A DNA stretch of 32,000 bases. Origin: Telmatocola sphagniphila (GTDB lineage: Bacteria; Planctomycetota; Planctomycetia; Gemmatales; Gemmataceae). The notes under the pieces are model-generated. The model did not search any database and was not told the origin of the DNA. It was given only the letters and a program-made list of their open reading frames with translations. Position 1 is the first letter of the stretch, and each line of letters starts with the position of its first letter. The stretch is taken from positions 3,870,001 to 3,902,000 of the forward strand of contig NZ_CP074694.1 of assembly GCF_018398935.1 (NCBI RefSeq). The letters are read 5' to 3'. Shown here one piece after another: positions 17,791-25,482 of the stretch. A program made the position numbers and the translations under genes.

Positions 17791-19869
17791 ATGGAATTTC
17801 GGATCGCCGACACATTTTCCAATAGCCTAGCCAAACTCACGGGTGAGGAGCAAAAGGCGGTCAAAACTACCGCCTTCGATCTTCAACTGAATCCCTCCAA
17901 TCCCGGGATGTCATTTCACAAATTGGACCGGGCTAAAGATAAAAACTTCTGGTCTGTACGCGTCAACAAAGACATACGCGTAATTGTTCACAAAACAACC
18001 GGCAGTTTGCTCCTTTGCTATGTCGATCATCACGATAAAGCTTACGACTGGGCCTCCCGAAGGAAGCTGGAAACGCATCCCAAGACCGGGGCCGCCCAAC
18101 TCGTTGAGATTCGCGAGACCGTTCAGGAAATACGCATTCCGAGTTATGTCCAGGAGCCCAAATCCAAGGCGAAATCCAGTAAGAAATCCCTTTTCGATCA
18201 GCTTCCCGATGAGGAGTTACTCGGATTTGGAGTTCCCCAGGAATGGCTAGCCGATGTCAAATCGGCCACGGAAGACAACTATCTCGCGGTTGCCGACCAT
18301 CTTCCGGCCGAAGCCGCGGAAGCCTTGCTGGAGATTGCCACCGGCGGTAAACCGAGAATTTCGAAACCCACTCCGGCGACGGCAAATCCCTTCGAGCATC
18401 CGGATGCCCTCCGACGCTTCCGCGTCATGGGCAATGTCGCAGAGCTGGAACGAGCGCTCGATTATCCCTGGGAGAAATGGACGGTCTTTCTGCACCCGGA
18501 GCAGAGAGAACTCGTCGAGAAGAATAATTCCGGTCCGGCAAGAGTGACCGGTTCGGCCGGAACCGGCAAAACCATTGTGGCTTTGCACAGGGCAGCACAT
18601 TTGGCCCGCACGAATCCCACTAGCCGGGTGTTGTTAGCGACTTTTTCCAATGCTCTGGCGCATGCCCTTCAAACTAAGTTGCGTCGATTGCTAGGTAATG
18701 AACCCCGCCTGGGAGATCGTATCGATGTCTATTCGCTGGAGGCACTCGGCTTGCGACTCCACGAACTGCATCTCGGCAAAGCCAAGCTGGCGAGCCGAAG
18801 CGAAGTCGTTGAACTGATGAAACGTGCATCGCAGGAAGCCGATAAACATAAGTTCAATATGCAGTTCTTGCTGTCGGAATGGGATCAGGTGGTGGATGCC
18901 CGACAGGTGAATAGTTGGGAAGCTTACAGAGACGTGACGCGACTGGGCCGCAAGACTCGCTTGAATGAAGCACAGCGCCAGCTGCTTTGGTCGATTTTTC
19001 AAAAAGTCATCGAAGCTTTGAGTCGCCAGAAGTTGACGACTAGCGCGGGAATCTTCACTCGACTTGCAGATGCGATCGCCAAAGTTCCGAACAAACCGTT
19101 CGATTTCGCCGTGATTGACGAGGCCCAGGATCTCACCGAATCGCAGATTCGATTCTTTGCGGCCCTGGCCGGCAATAAGCCGAACGGACTGTTCTTCGCC
19201 GGAGATAGTGGACAGCGGATCTTTCAACTGCCGTTCTCCTGGCAAAAATTGGGAGTTGATATTCGAGGTCGCTCCAAGAATTTGCGAATCAATTACCGCA
19301 CCTCCCACCAGATCCGGAGCCAGGCCGATCGTTTGCTGGAAGTCGAAGTTCGGGATGTCGACGGAAATGTCGAGCAAAGAAACGACACCATTTCCGTGTT
19401 CAATGGACCTCCGCCGGCGATCAAAACTGCAGCGGATGAAAAAGAGGAAATCAAGATTGTCGGGAGTTGGCTATCGGAGTTAATCGCGACGGGAATTCAA
19501 CCCCATGAATGCGGCGTGTTCGTTCGATCTCCTGAACAGATTGATCGGGCAAAAAATGCAGTCCAACATGCCAAGTTAACGGTAAAAATTCTCGATGAGA
19601 ATGTGGAAACGGTAGCCGGCCAGGTTTCGATCTGCACGATGCATCTGGCTAAGGGTTTGGAGTTCCGGGCCGTAGCGGTTATGGCCTGTGATGATGAGGT
19701 GATTCCGCTGCAGTCTCGAATCGAAGCAGTTGGTGAGGATTCCGATCTGAAGGAAGTCTATGAGACGGAACGACAACTCTTGTACGTGGCGTGCACCCGA
19801 GCTCGAGACTCCTTGTTGATTACGGGAGTGGATCCCGCTTCCGAGTATCTGGATGATATGAAACAGTGA
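17791..19869 (+). CDS. UvrD/Rep-type SF1 helicase with N-terminal RelE/ParE-fold-like domain
   Basis: The start is 10 nt after the ATPase stop. Helicase motifs are GSAGTGKT (18550-18573), FAVIDEAQDL, NYRTSHQI, TMHLAKGLEFRAV and LLYVACTRARDSL. N-terminal aa 1-~95 (FSNSLAKLTGEEQKAV...LNPSNPG...FWSVRVNKDIRVIVHKTTGSLLLCYVDHHDKAY) follow the RelE/ParE toxin pattern. Confidence 0.9.
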   Translation: MEFRIADTFSNSLAKLTGEEQKAVKTTAFDLQLNPSNPGMSFHKLDRAKDKNFWSVRVNKDIRVIVHKTTGSLLLCYVDHHDKAYDWASRRKLETHPKTGAAQLVEIRETVQEIRIPSYVQEPKSKAKSSKKSLFDQLPDEELLGFGVPQEWLADVKSATEDNYLAVADHLPAEAAEALLEIATGGKPRISKPTPATANPFEHPDALRRFRVMGNVAELERALDYPWEKWTVFLHPEQRELVEKNNSGPARVTGSAGTGKTIVALHRAAHLARTNPTSRVLLATFSNALAHALQTKLRRLLGNEPRLGDRIDVYSLEALGLRLHELHLGKAKLASRSEVVELMKRASQEADKHKFNMQFLLSEWDQVVDARQVNSWEAYRDVTRLGRKTRLNEAQRQLLWSIFQKVIEALSRQKLTTSAGIFTRLADAIAKVPNKPFDFAVIDEAQDLTESQIRFFAALAGNKPNGLFFAGDSGQRIFQLPFSWQKLGVDIRGRSKNLRINYRTSHQIRSQADRLLEVEVRDVDGNVEQRNDTISVFNGPPPAIKTAADEKEEIKIVGSWLSELIATGIQPHECGVFVRSPEQIDRAKNAVQHAKLTVKILDENVETVAGQVSICTMHLAKGLEFRAVAVMACDDEVIPLQSRIEAVGEDSDLKEVYETERQLLYVACTRARDSLLITGVDPASEYLDDMKQ

Positions 19870-19953
19870 AAGCCGACTTGAAGATTTCGGAAATGATCGA
19901 TCCGCATAATGACCGACTCTTTCGGCTTTAAACCGTCGCCGCAGGAACATGTC

Positions 19954-20685
19954 ATGCGAATCGCCACTTACAATCTGCTCAAAGGAGGCACAAAACGGAC
20001 TCATTGGAAAGAGATGATCGAAAGTCATCTTGTCGATCTTCTACTTACACAGGAATCCGCCAGGCCTGATCTGCACCTTACGCCGGATATGTTCCCTGAC
20101 TTTCAGAAGCAATTCGTCTGGGAGATGTCTGAAAACAAAGGCTGGGGAAGTGCGATATTCTCTCGGGATGGAAGGCTGGAAGCCATACAGGTGCCAGGCT
20201 TCTCGGGCTGGGCGGTCGGGGCGAAAATCACGAATGCTACGTGGCAGCGGGATTTATGCGAATCGATCTTTGTGTTTAGCCTGCATGCTCCAGAGCTAAT
20301 GGGCGGGTATGCAAAGGCCGTGAACAAATTTCTGGATGAAGTGAAAATGATCGCCGGTCAGAATGAGGTCATCATCGGAGGCGATTTCAACCTGACTGTA
20401 AGCCGTTGGTTGAGTCCGGAAAAAAAGATCAGCAAACATGATCTGGCTATCCAAGCCCGACTTGCCGATGAATTTGCATTGATGAACTGCTGGCAGGAGG
20501 CGAATCCCGGCCAGGAGCTCCATCAGACACTTCGTTGGACAAACAACCGGGAAACGGTTTACCACTGTGACGGGATCTTCGTTCCGAAAAGCTGGAAGTC
20601 TCGGCTGCAATCTTGCAGAGTGCTTTCGGGAGAAGAATGGGATCGACTAAGTGATCACAACCCGGTGGTGGCAACGTTTGGGTAA
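19954..20685 (+). CDS. Endonuclease/exonuclease/phosphatase (EEP) family protein
   Basis: The ORF starts MRIATYNLLKGG and contains IIGGDFN and LSDHNPVVATF (~20649-20675). ATG 19954 is preferred because EEP proteins usually start at this strand. ATG 19909 is an in-frame alternative. Confidence 0.85.
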   Translation: MRIATYNLLKGGTKRTHWKEMIESHLVDLLLTQESARPDLHLTPDMFPDFQKQFVWEMSENKGWGSAIFSRDGRLEAIQVPGFSGWAVGAKITNATWQRDLCESIFVFSLHAPELMGGYAKAVNKFLDEVKMIAGQNEVIIGGDFNLTVSRWLSPEKKISKHDLAIQARLADEFALMNCWQEANPGQELHQTLRWTNNRETVYHCDGIFVPKSWKSRLQSCRVLSGEEWDRLSDHNPVVATFG

Positions 20686-20810
20686 AAAGACTCTTCAATG
20701 TGGAAAGCTCACCTGCCAAAGCCTTGTCTCTGAAAGTTCCCTCGGGCACTGACTCAAAGTCGATTTCAATGCCCGGGGGTGAGAATGAGAGCTGGACACA
20801 ATACTCCATC

Positions 20811-22163
20811 TTAATTTGTTGCCTGGATTCTCAGCCACTCCCTAGCCACTTTGATCGCCTCGCGCCGCTGCATTGCTTCGGTCAATTGTTCCCGAATCGT
20901 GCCGGCCTGGGTATGCGTATACACAGCCGTCATCCCTAATCCGTGACTCGAATTGCGATCTGAAGAGATCGAGTGCCCCATTAAGAGATTTCGGATGATC
21001 GGATCCACGCGGCCTTCCTGCAGGGTAGTGGCGAACATATGACGAAGAACTTTCGGTGCGGACTGGTGACTGAGGCCTATGGCCTGTGTCACATGCGTGA
21101 ATTCAATACGCAGTCGATCTTCCTGAAGGGCCCCCATCTCGTTCCAGAGTGCTCGAGCGATTCTGAGCTTTTCTATTCTTTCCAAGGCCCTTTTAGCTCG
21201 CAGCTCTTCTCGCACCATTCGTAGGTTTAGTTCCCTTTCGATCATCGCTTGGGAAGCGGTAACCAAGTTCCTCGGCCCTGAATTCCAAGTGCTTCGCCGG
21301 AACAGGGGACCTGAAGGGTAGCGGGAAACATGCAATTTCAGCACTTCCACTAATTCCGGAACCAGTGGGATATCGCGTTCGTTCCTTGTCTTGATCTGCC
21401 AACCGAGCCGCGGCTTATTTCGAATTCTCAAGCTGCCTTTTTCGAGATCGATATCTTCCGGAACCAAGAGGTGGCACATCTCTCCTGGTCGCATACCCGT
21501 GAGCATAAGAGTCAGAAAAATCGGAAATTGCCATTCGTCGCACTGCTGCAAAAAGACTCGCTCTTCTTCCGGTTTGAATAATTCAATCGGTCGGAATTCT
21601 TCGATAGGAATTCGATCGATATTGAGCACTTGAAACGGATTTTCTGCATAGGGGCTCAAATAGCGTCGTTTTTTGGCGTAGCTAAAAAGAGTTCGGCAGG
21701 TTTCCAGGACGTAAATCAAACCGCCGTCCAGAAGTGGACGCTTGATCGTCCGTTCATGTCCATTCGGTGAGACGCGGATGGAACGTAGATAGGCGACGAA
21801 TTCCGCAGCGTGAGATGGAGTAAATTGGGCGATCGTCCTCACCGGTTTTAGGTCGAGGAATCTCAGCAAATGATCCGTTGCAGTGCGGTAACGATGGATC
21901 GTATTGATCGAGGATCGGGAAACCTGTTCGTGATGTTCGAGCCATTGCTGTCTGGCTTTTTCGATCGTGATACTTTCGAAGCTCAACGCGGCGGGTGCTC
22001 CGACATCCAACTGCGAGTTGATTTGCGAAGCGAGTTGGCGGGCGGCATTCCGGTCGGGACCTACCCGAGGGCGGTGCCGTCGCCCTTGTTCGTTGTAACA
22101 GAGATACCAAATTTTGCCGCGACGATACCCTCGAACTTTACCAATGCGGAACTCATTCGACAT
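20811..22163 (-). CDS. int: Tyrosine recombinase / phage-type integrase
   Basis: The N-terminal SAM-like region is followed by a catalytic domain: LTGMRPGEMCHL (Arg), VLRHMFATTL (H-x-x-R), LMGHS and GMTAVYTHT (Tyr). ATG 22163 (MSNEFRIGKVRGYRRGKIWYL) has GAGG 5 nt upstream. The listed 22214 start adds an implausible MWQFLWHF leader. Confidence 0.9.
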   Translation of the reverse strand: MSNEFRIGKVRGYRRGKIWYLCYNEQGRRHRPRVGPDRNAARQLASQINSQLDVGAPAALSFESITIEKARQQWLEHHEQVSRSSINTIHRYRTATDHLLRFLDLKPVRTIAQFTPSHAAEFVAYLRSIRVSPNGHERTIKRPLLDGGLIYVLETCRTLFSYAKKRRYLSPYAENPFQVLNIDRIPIEEFRPIELFKPEEERVFLQQCDEWQFPIFLTLMLTGMRPGEMCHLLVPEDIDLEKGSLRIRNKPRLGWQIKTRNERDIPLVPELVEVLKLHVSRYPSGPLFRRSTWNSGPRNLVTASQAMIERELNLRMVREELRAKRALERIEKLRIARALWNEMGALQEDRLRIEFTHVTQAIGLSHQSAPKVLRHMFATTLQEGRVDPIIRNLLMGHSISSDRNSSHGLGMTAVYTHTQAGTIREQLTEAMQRREAIKVAREWLRIQATN

Positions 22164-22221
22164 GCGTGCCTCAGAGATTTCTCCCGCCACAAAATGCCAC
22201 AAAAACTGCCACAAACGGGAT

Positions 22222-22272
22222 TTTTTGAAGACGCTTCAAAAACGTAAGTTTTTATTGGATATTGACTTACGT
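22222..22272. repeat. Two abutting perfect hairpins in the divergent recombinase intergenic region
   Basis: The first is tttttgaag-acg-cttcaaaaa (9-bp stem, 22222-22242). The second is acgtaagt-N15-acttacgt (8-bp stem, 22242-22272). They lie 60-110 nt upstream of the integrase start on its strand. Confidence 0.45.
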
Positions 22273-22443
22273 CAACCAAAGAAATGAAAAAACGGAGAGG
22301 GGGGGATTCCATTTTGGCGTCTCTCTAACTCCCTGTCATTTCGGTACTTGTGGCGATAAAGCTATATGCGACTTGTAGTTGCAGGATGTCAGGAATAGTC
22401 AGCGATACTCAGGGATTCTCACGATTTTCAGCCTGATTGGCAC

Positions 22444-22466
22444 ACTGTGCCAATCATTTTTCGCTG
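22444..22466. promoter_or_regulatory. 23-bp perfect palindrome (candidate operator or recombinase binding site)
   Basis: The sequence is TGATTGGCACA-C-TGTGCCAATCA, with 11-bp arms and no mismatch. It ends 27 nt upstream of the likely serine-recombinase ATG at 22493. Confidence 0.5.
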
Positions 22467-22492
22467 CAATCTCCCTTGTGGAGTTGTTGCTC

Positions 22493-24430
22493 ATGAGTTT
22501 CCATAGATCGTCGATTCCATTGACACCAAGACGAGGTACCGTCTTGAAGGTGCTGGCCATCACTCGGATCAGTACCGAACACCAGGACGTTCGTAGCCTG
22601 GATGAACAAGCCCTACTCATCAGACAGTTCATGGAGCGTTCCTACTCGGGTCCCTTCAACTTAGAAGAGATACGCTCTCAGGGAAGTGGCGAACGACTGG
22701 ATAGAGCTGAATTTCTCGAAGCTCAAGAAAGAGTAAGGAGCAGACAATTTGATGTGGTTTGTTCCGAAGACCTCGCACGAATCTGCCGGCGTGCAGATGC
22801 CTTCCGGTTTGCCGAATTGTGCGAGGATTTTGGTGTCCGGCTCATAACCATAAACGATCGCCTGGACACGGCAACAGATGGCTGGCGAGACAGTGCCTTT
22901 CTGTCGACTTGGCACCACGAACGAAGCAATCTCGAAACATCCCAACGCATAAAGCGTACTTTACGGGGCAGATTTCAGACAGGTGGCGTTGTTCCGTGCC
23001 TCATCGCCGGATATCGTCGCGTGCCGGGTGTCGAGGGTGAAGCTGGCCTACAAAAAATAGCGGAATGGGAGCCTATTTATGATCAATGGTTTCGGATTTT
23101 GGAAGAAGGGGGCAGTTTTGCGGAAGTCGCTGACTGGTTGAATGAACGTCATATATCAGTCGGACCCGCATCCCGGGGAACTAGCTGGACCGGGACGATG
23201 GTGGGGAGAATAACCAGAAACCCTTTATTGAAAGGCATCCGGCAACGAAATGTCCGAGAGAGCCGTCGCATTAATTCAACGGGCCAGCATCGAAGTGTCC
23301 GTGCTGATCCCTCGCAGTTGCTGGTACGGAATTGCCCTCATCTAGTGTTCATCGCCCCAGATCGTTTTGATCGCTTGATGAGGCGAATCGACGAAATTAA
23401 TGCAATGTATCGGCGTCAGGGCACCGATGGTCGTGATTCTCGTGAGGGGTTACCGCGTTCAAGGACACCCTGGCCAGCTCAACATGCAAAATGTGGAATC
23501 TGCGGGCGAATCCTCTATAGAACTCAAAGTAAATCGATTCCCATGCTGCAGTGCTCCGGCGCTCAAGCCTACAAATGCTGGAACGCTGTCACTGTAAACG
23601 CGAATGTTGCCGCCCGAAAAATTCTGGAAGCCATTCTCCGAAAACTTCGAGAACTTCCTGAATTCGACTCGCTACTTCTTCAAAATATTCGGCAACAGCT
23701 TCAGGCCAGCTCTGAGGCGGATCATTCGCGCGTTCCCACTCTGGTTTCTGAAATCGAAGACCTGCGACGGCGAATGCGCAATCTTTCACTGGAAGTTGCC
23801 GAGAACGGTGGGAATGAGACCTATCGGGCGACGCTCAGAGAATTACAAGGGATACTCGACCTAAAAACCGAGGAGCTTAGTCACCGTTCAGCACCCCCGC
23901 GGGAAGTTTTGTTCCCTACTTTAAGGTCGCTGGAACATCATTTGCAGAATCTTCTAGCTGACCCGGAACTTGATGACCCCGAGTTAGCCCGAATTCTTCA
24001 CCGGTTCGTTAACAGATTGGAATTCTATCCTATTCAAGCTTGTAATGGTGGCGCGATAGAGTTACGAGCGCATCTTGAGATTCGATTGGATCAGTTGCAG
24101 CTCGATTCGGATCTGCATCAACTGCCCGCAGAAATTACCACGCACTCAATGGAAGTAGATCTGTTCGATTACCCGGCTCAAATCCGAATTCGATCTGAGG
24201 CTTTGCGCTTGACAGCGGAACGATGGAAGCAAAGAGATATAGCCAGGCATCTGGGTACTCACCAAGCCACAGTGCAACGGGCAATCAGCTTGGAGAGAGC
24301 CATGCAAAATCTGGGATTATCCGATCCCTATATTCGATTAACGCAAGCCCCACAAAACGACAGCAAGATAAGGCGGCACTTGCATCCGAGATATTCGTTT
24401 GAACCACTTGCAGAACGCACTGCGGCCTAG
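22493..24430 (+). CDS. Large serine recombinase
   Basis: The resolvase-type catalytic N-domain is VLAITRISTEHQDVRSLDEQ (Ser nucleophile in RIS). A recombinase domain and a zinc ribbon (CGICGRILYRT...LQCSG...YKCWN) follow, then a coiled-coil region. ATG 22493 is preferred; the listed 22379 start would run through the palindrome. Confidence 0.9.
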   Translation: MSFHRSSIPLTPRRGTVLKVLAITRISTEHQDVRSLDEQALLIRQFMERSYSGPFNLEEIRSQGSGERLDRAEFLEAQERVRSRQFDVVCSEDLARICRRADAFRFAELCEDFGVRLITINDRLDTATDGWRDSAFLSTWHHERSNLETSQRIKRTLRGRFQTGGVVPCLIAGYRRVPGVEGEAGLQKIAEWEPIYDQWFRILEEGGSFAEVADWLNERHISVGPASRGTSWTGTMVGRITRNPLLKGIRQRNVRESRRINSTGQHRSVRADPSQLLVRNCPHLVFIAPDRFDRLMRRIDEINAMYRRQGTDGRDSREGLPRSRTPWPAQHAKCGICGRILYRTQSKSIPMLQCSGAQAYKCWNAVTVNANVAARKILEAILRKLRELPEFDSLLLQNIRQQLQASSEADHSRVPTLVSEIEDLRRRMRNLSLEVAENGGNETYRATLRELQGILDLKTEELSHRSAPPREVLFPTLRSLEHHLQNLLADPELDDPELARILHRFVNRLEFYPIQACNGGAIELRAHLEIRLDQLQLDSDLHQLPAEITTHSMEVDLFDYPAQIRIRSEALRLTAERWKQRDIARHLGTHQATVQRAISLERAMQNLGLSDPYIRLTQAPQNDSKIRRHLHPRYSFEPLAERTAA

Positions 24431-24459
24431 TCCGTAGAACTTTACATCTCATAATTCGT

Positions 24460-24497
24460 TGGCTGGCTATTCGGAAGAATGGCCAGCCATTTTTTTT
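24460..24497 (+). terminator. Rho-independent terminator after the serine recombinase gene
   Basis: tggctggc (24460-24467) pairs with gccagcca (24482-24489). Three further pairs extend the stem, leaving the 8-nt loop tcggaaga. A T8 run follows at 24490-24497. Confidence 0.7.
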
Positions 24498-24503
24498 GGA
24501 GAA

Positions 24504-24707
24504 ATGATGAAGAAAAGAAAATTGACTTCAATCAATACGGAACGTGAGACTCCCACTCACCAGCTATTGAAGTGGCTTGCTAAACATATTGCCCTTCGAA
24601 TTCAAGAAGAACGGCCTATTTTTCCGTCTGTTTCAGATTCGAGCAAATCCAACCCATCGGATGATCCGAAGCCAAGACCCCTCCAAGAAAGTAAGTCCGA
24701 AGAATAA
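24504..24707 (+). CDS. Small hypothetical protein (67 aa)
   Basis: GGAGAA at 24498-24503 directly precedes ATG 24504 (MMKKRKLTSINTERE...). The listed start at 24459 lies inside the terminator hairpin. No recognisable domain. Confidence 0.35.
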   Translation: MMKKRKLTSINTERETPTHQLLKWLAKHIALRIQEERPIFPSVSDSSKSNPSDDPKPRPLQESKSEE

Positions 24708-24901
24708 GCTTCTCATCGACCGTTATAATTTTATTTGACTAAATTTCCGCCTTTTTTGCGTCAATATAGATGAGTGAGTAATAGTGTTTTTTGGGTAGCT
24801 ATTACCGCTTTCTGCATTCACTTTCGCCCGAAGTAACCATTCTTTTTTTCCTTGTTCCCGCCGCCGCAACCCGGCGGTGGTTTCGTTTCTGGAGATTTCT
24901 C

Positions 24902-25183
24902 ATGCTGATTCCGATGACCGTTCCTGTTTCTATTCCCGTGCTGTCGCTCGAAGATCGCCAGCAGGCGTTTGTGACTATCCTGCCCCTGCTGGAGACGAAG
25001 GCCCGCTTCGCTTTTCGCGATCTGGCCTCTCGGCACGATCGCGAAGATGCGGTGGCCGAAGTGGTCGCCCTGGCCTGGGAGCATTTCAGGTACTCCCGGC
25101 CCCTGCCCGCCTCACTCTTCATTAAGCAGATTCCGCTGCTCATCGCCACCGTCCGGCAACAGTTGAACAATCGCCCGGTTTAA
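24902..25183 (+). CDS. Small protein with sigma-70 region-2-like segment (93 aa)
   Basis: The protein starts at ATG 24902 (MLIPMTVPVS...). The segment RHDREDAVAEVVALAWEHF resembles the ECF sigma region 2 pattern (AEDxxQExFLxAW). The listed 24791 start adds a hydrophobic, Arg/Trp-rich leader that looks spurious. Confidence 0.4.
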   Translation: MLIPMTVPVSIPVLSLEDRQQAFVTILPLLETKARFAFRDLASRHDREDAVAEVVALAWEHFRYSRPLPASLFIKQIPLLIATVRQQLNNRPV

Positions 25184-25215
25184 ATCTTCTCTTCTCTTCC
25201 AAAAAGGACTTTCTT

Positions 25216-25410
25216 ATGTCGCGACGTGTTTTGCTCGAAGAGTTTCATCTGTCGTTTCTGATTCTCGCCGATACGGCCGAGGCCGAAGTGCAACGAATCC
25301 GCCATCAGCTGAATCGCACCCGCTTTCAAGCTCTGCTCCGAAGAACCCTGCTCCATTTCTTCCGGAAATACCGGGCTCTCGACTCGGTCGTTTTCAAACT
25401 GTCCCGGTAG
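25216..25410 (+). CDS. Small Arg-rich hypothetical protein (64 aa)
   Basis: The ORF fits cleanly into a co-directional array, 32 nt after the previous stop. No recognisable motif. Confidence 0.35.
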   Translation: MSRRVLLEEFHLSFLILADTAEAEVQRIRHQLNRTRFQALLRRTLLHFFRKYRALDSVVFKLSR

Positions 25411-25482
25411 AACCCTATCGCGGTGTCTGCCAATTGCCTTTCTCTTTTCGCCTAATTTCCAACTTCACCCAGGAGTACTCTC

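Noticed and set aside
22299-22305. G7 homopolymer tract as a phase-variation switch.
   Set aside because: It is intergenic, short, and not positioned between obvious -35/-10 elements. It is noted only as part of the structured control region.
22447-22463. Reading TGGCAC...TGCC inside the palindrome as a sigma-54 (-24/-12) promoter.
   Set aside because: The GG and GC elements are separated by 8 nt rather than the canonical 10. The perfect dyad symmetry fits a dimeric binding site better.
24778-24805. 7-bp inverted repeat gtaatag / ctattac, and a TATAAT hexamer at 24724-24729, upstream of the small ORFs.
   Set aside because: A 7-bp stem is expected many times by chance. The TATAAT hexamer has no acceptable -35 partner at 16-18 bp, so no promoter call was made.
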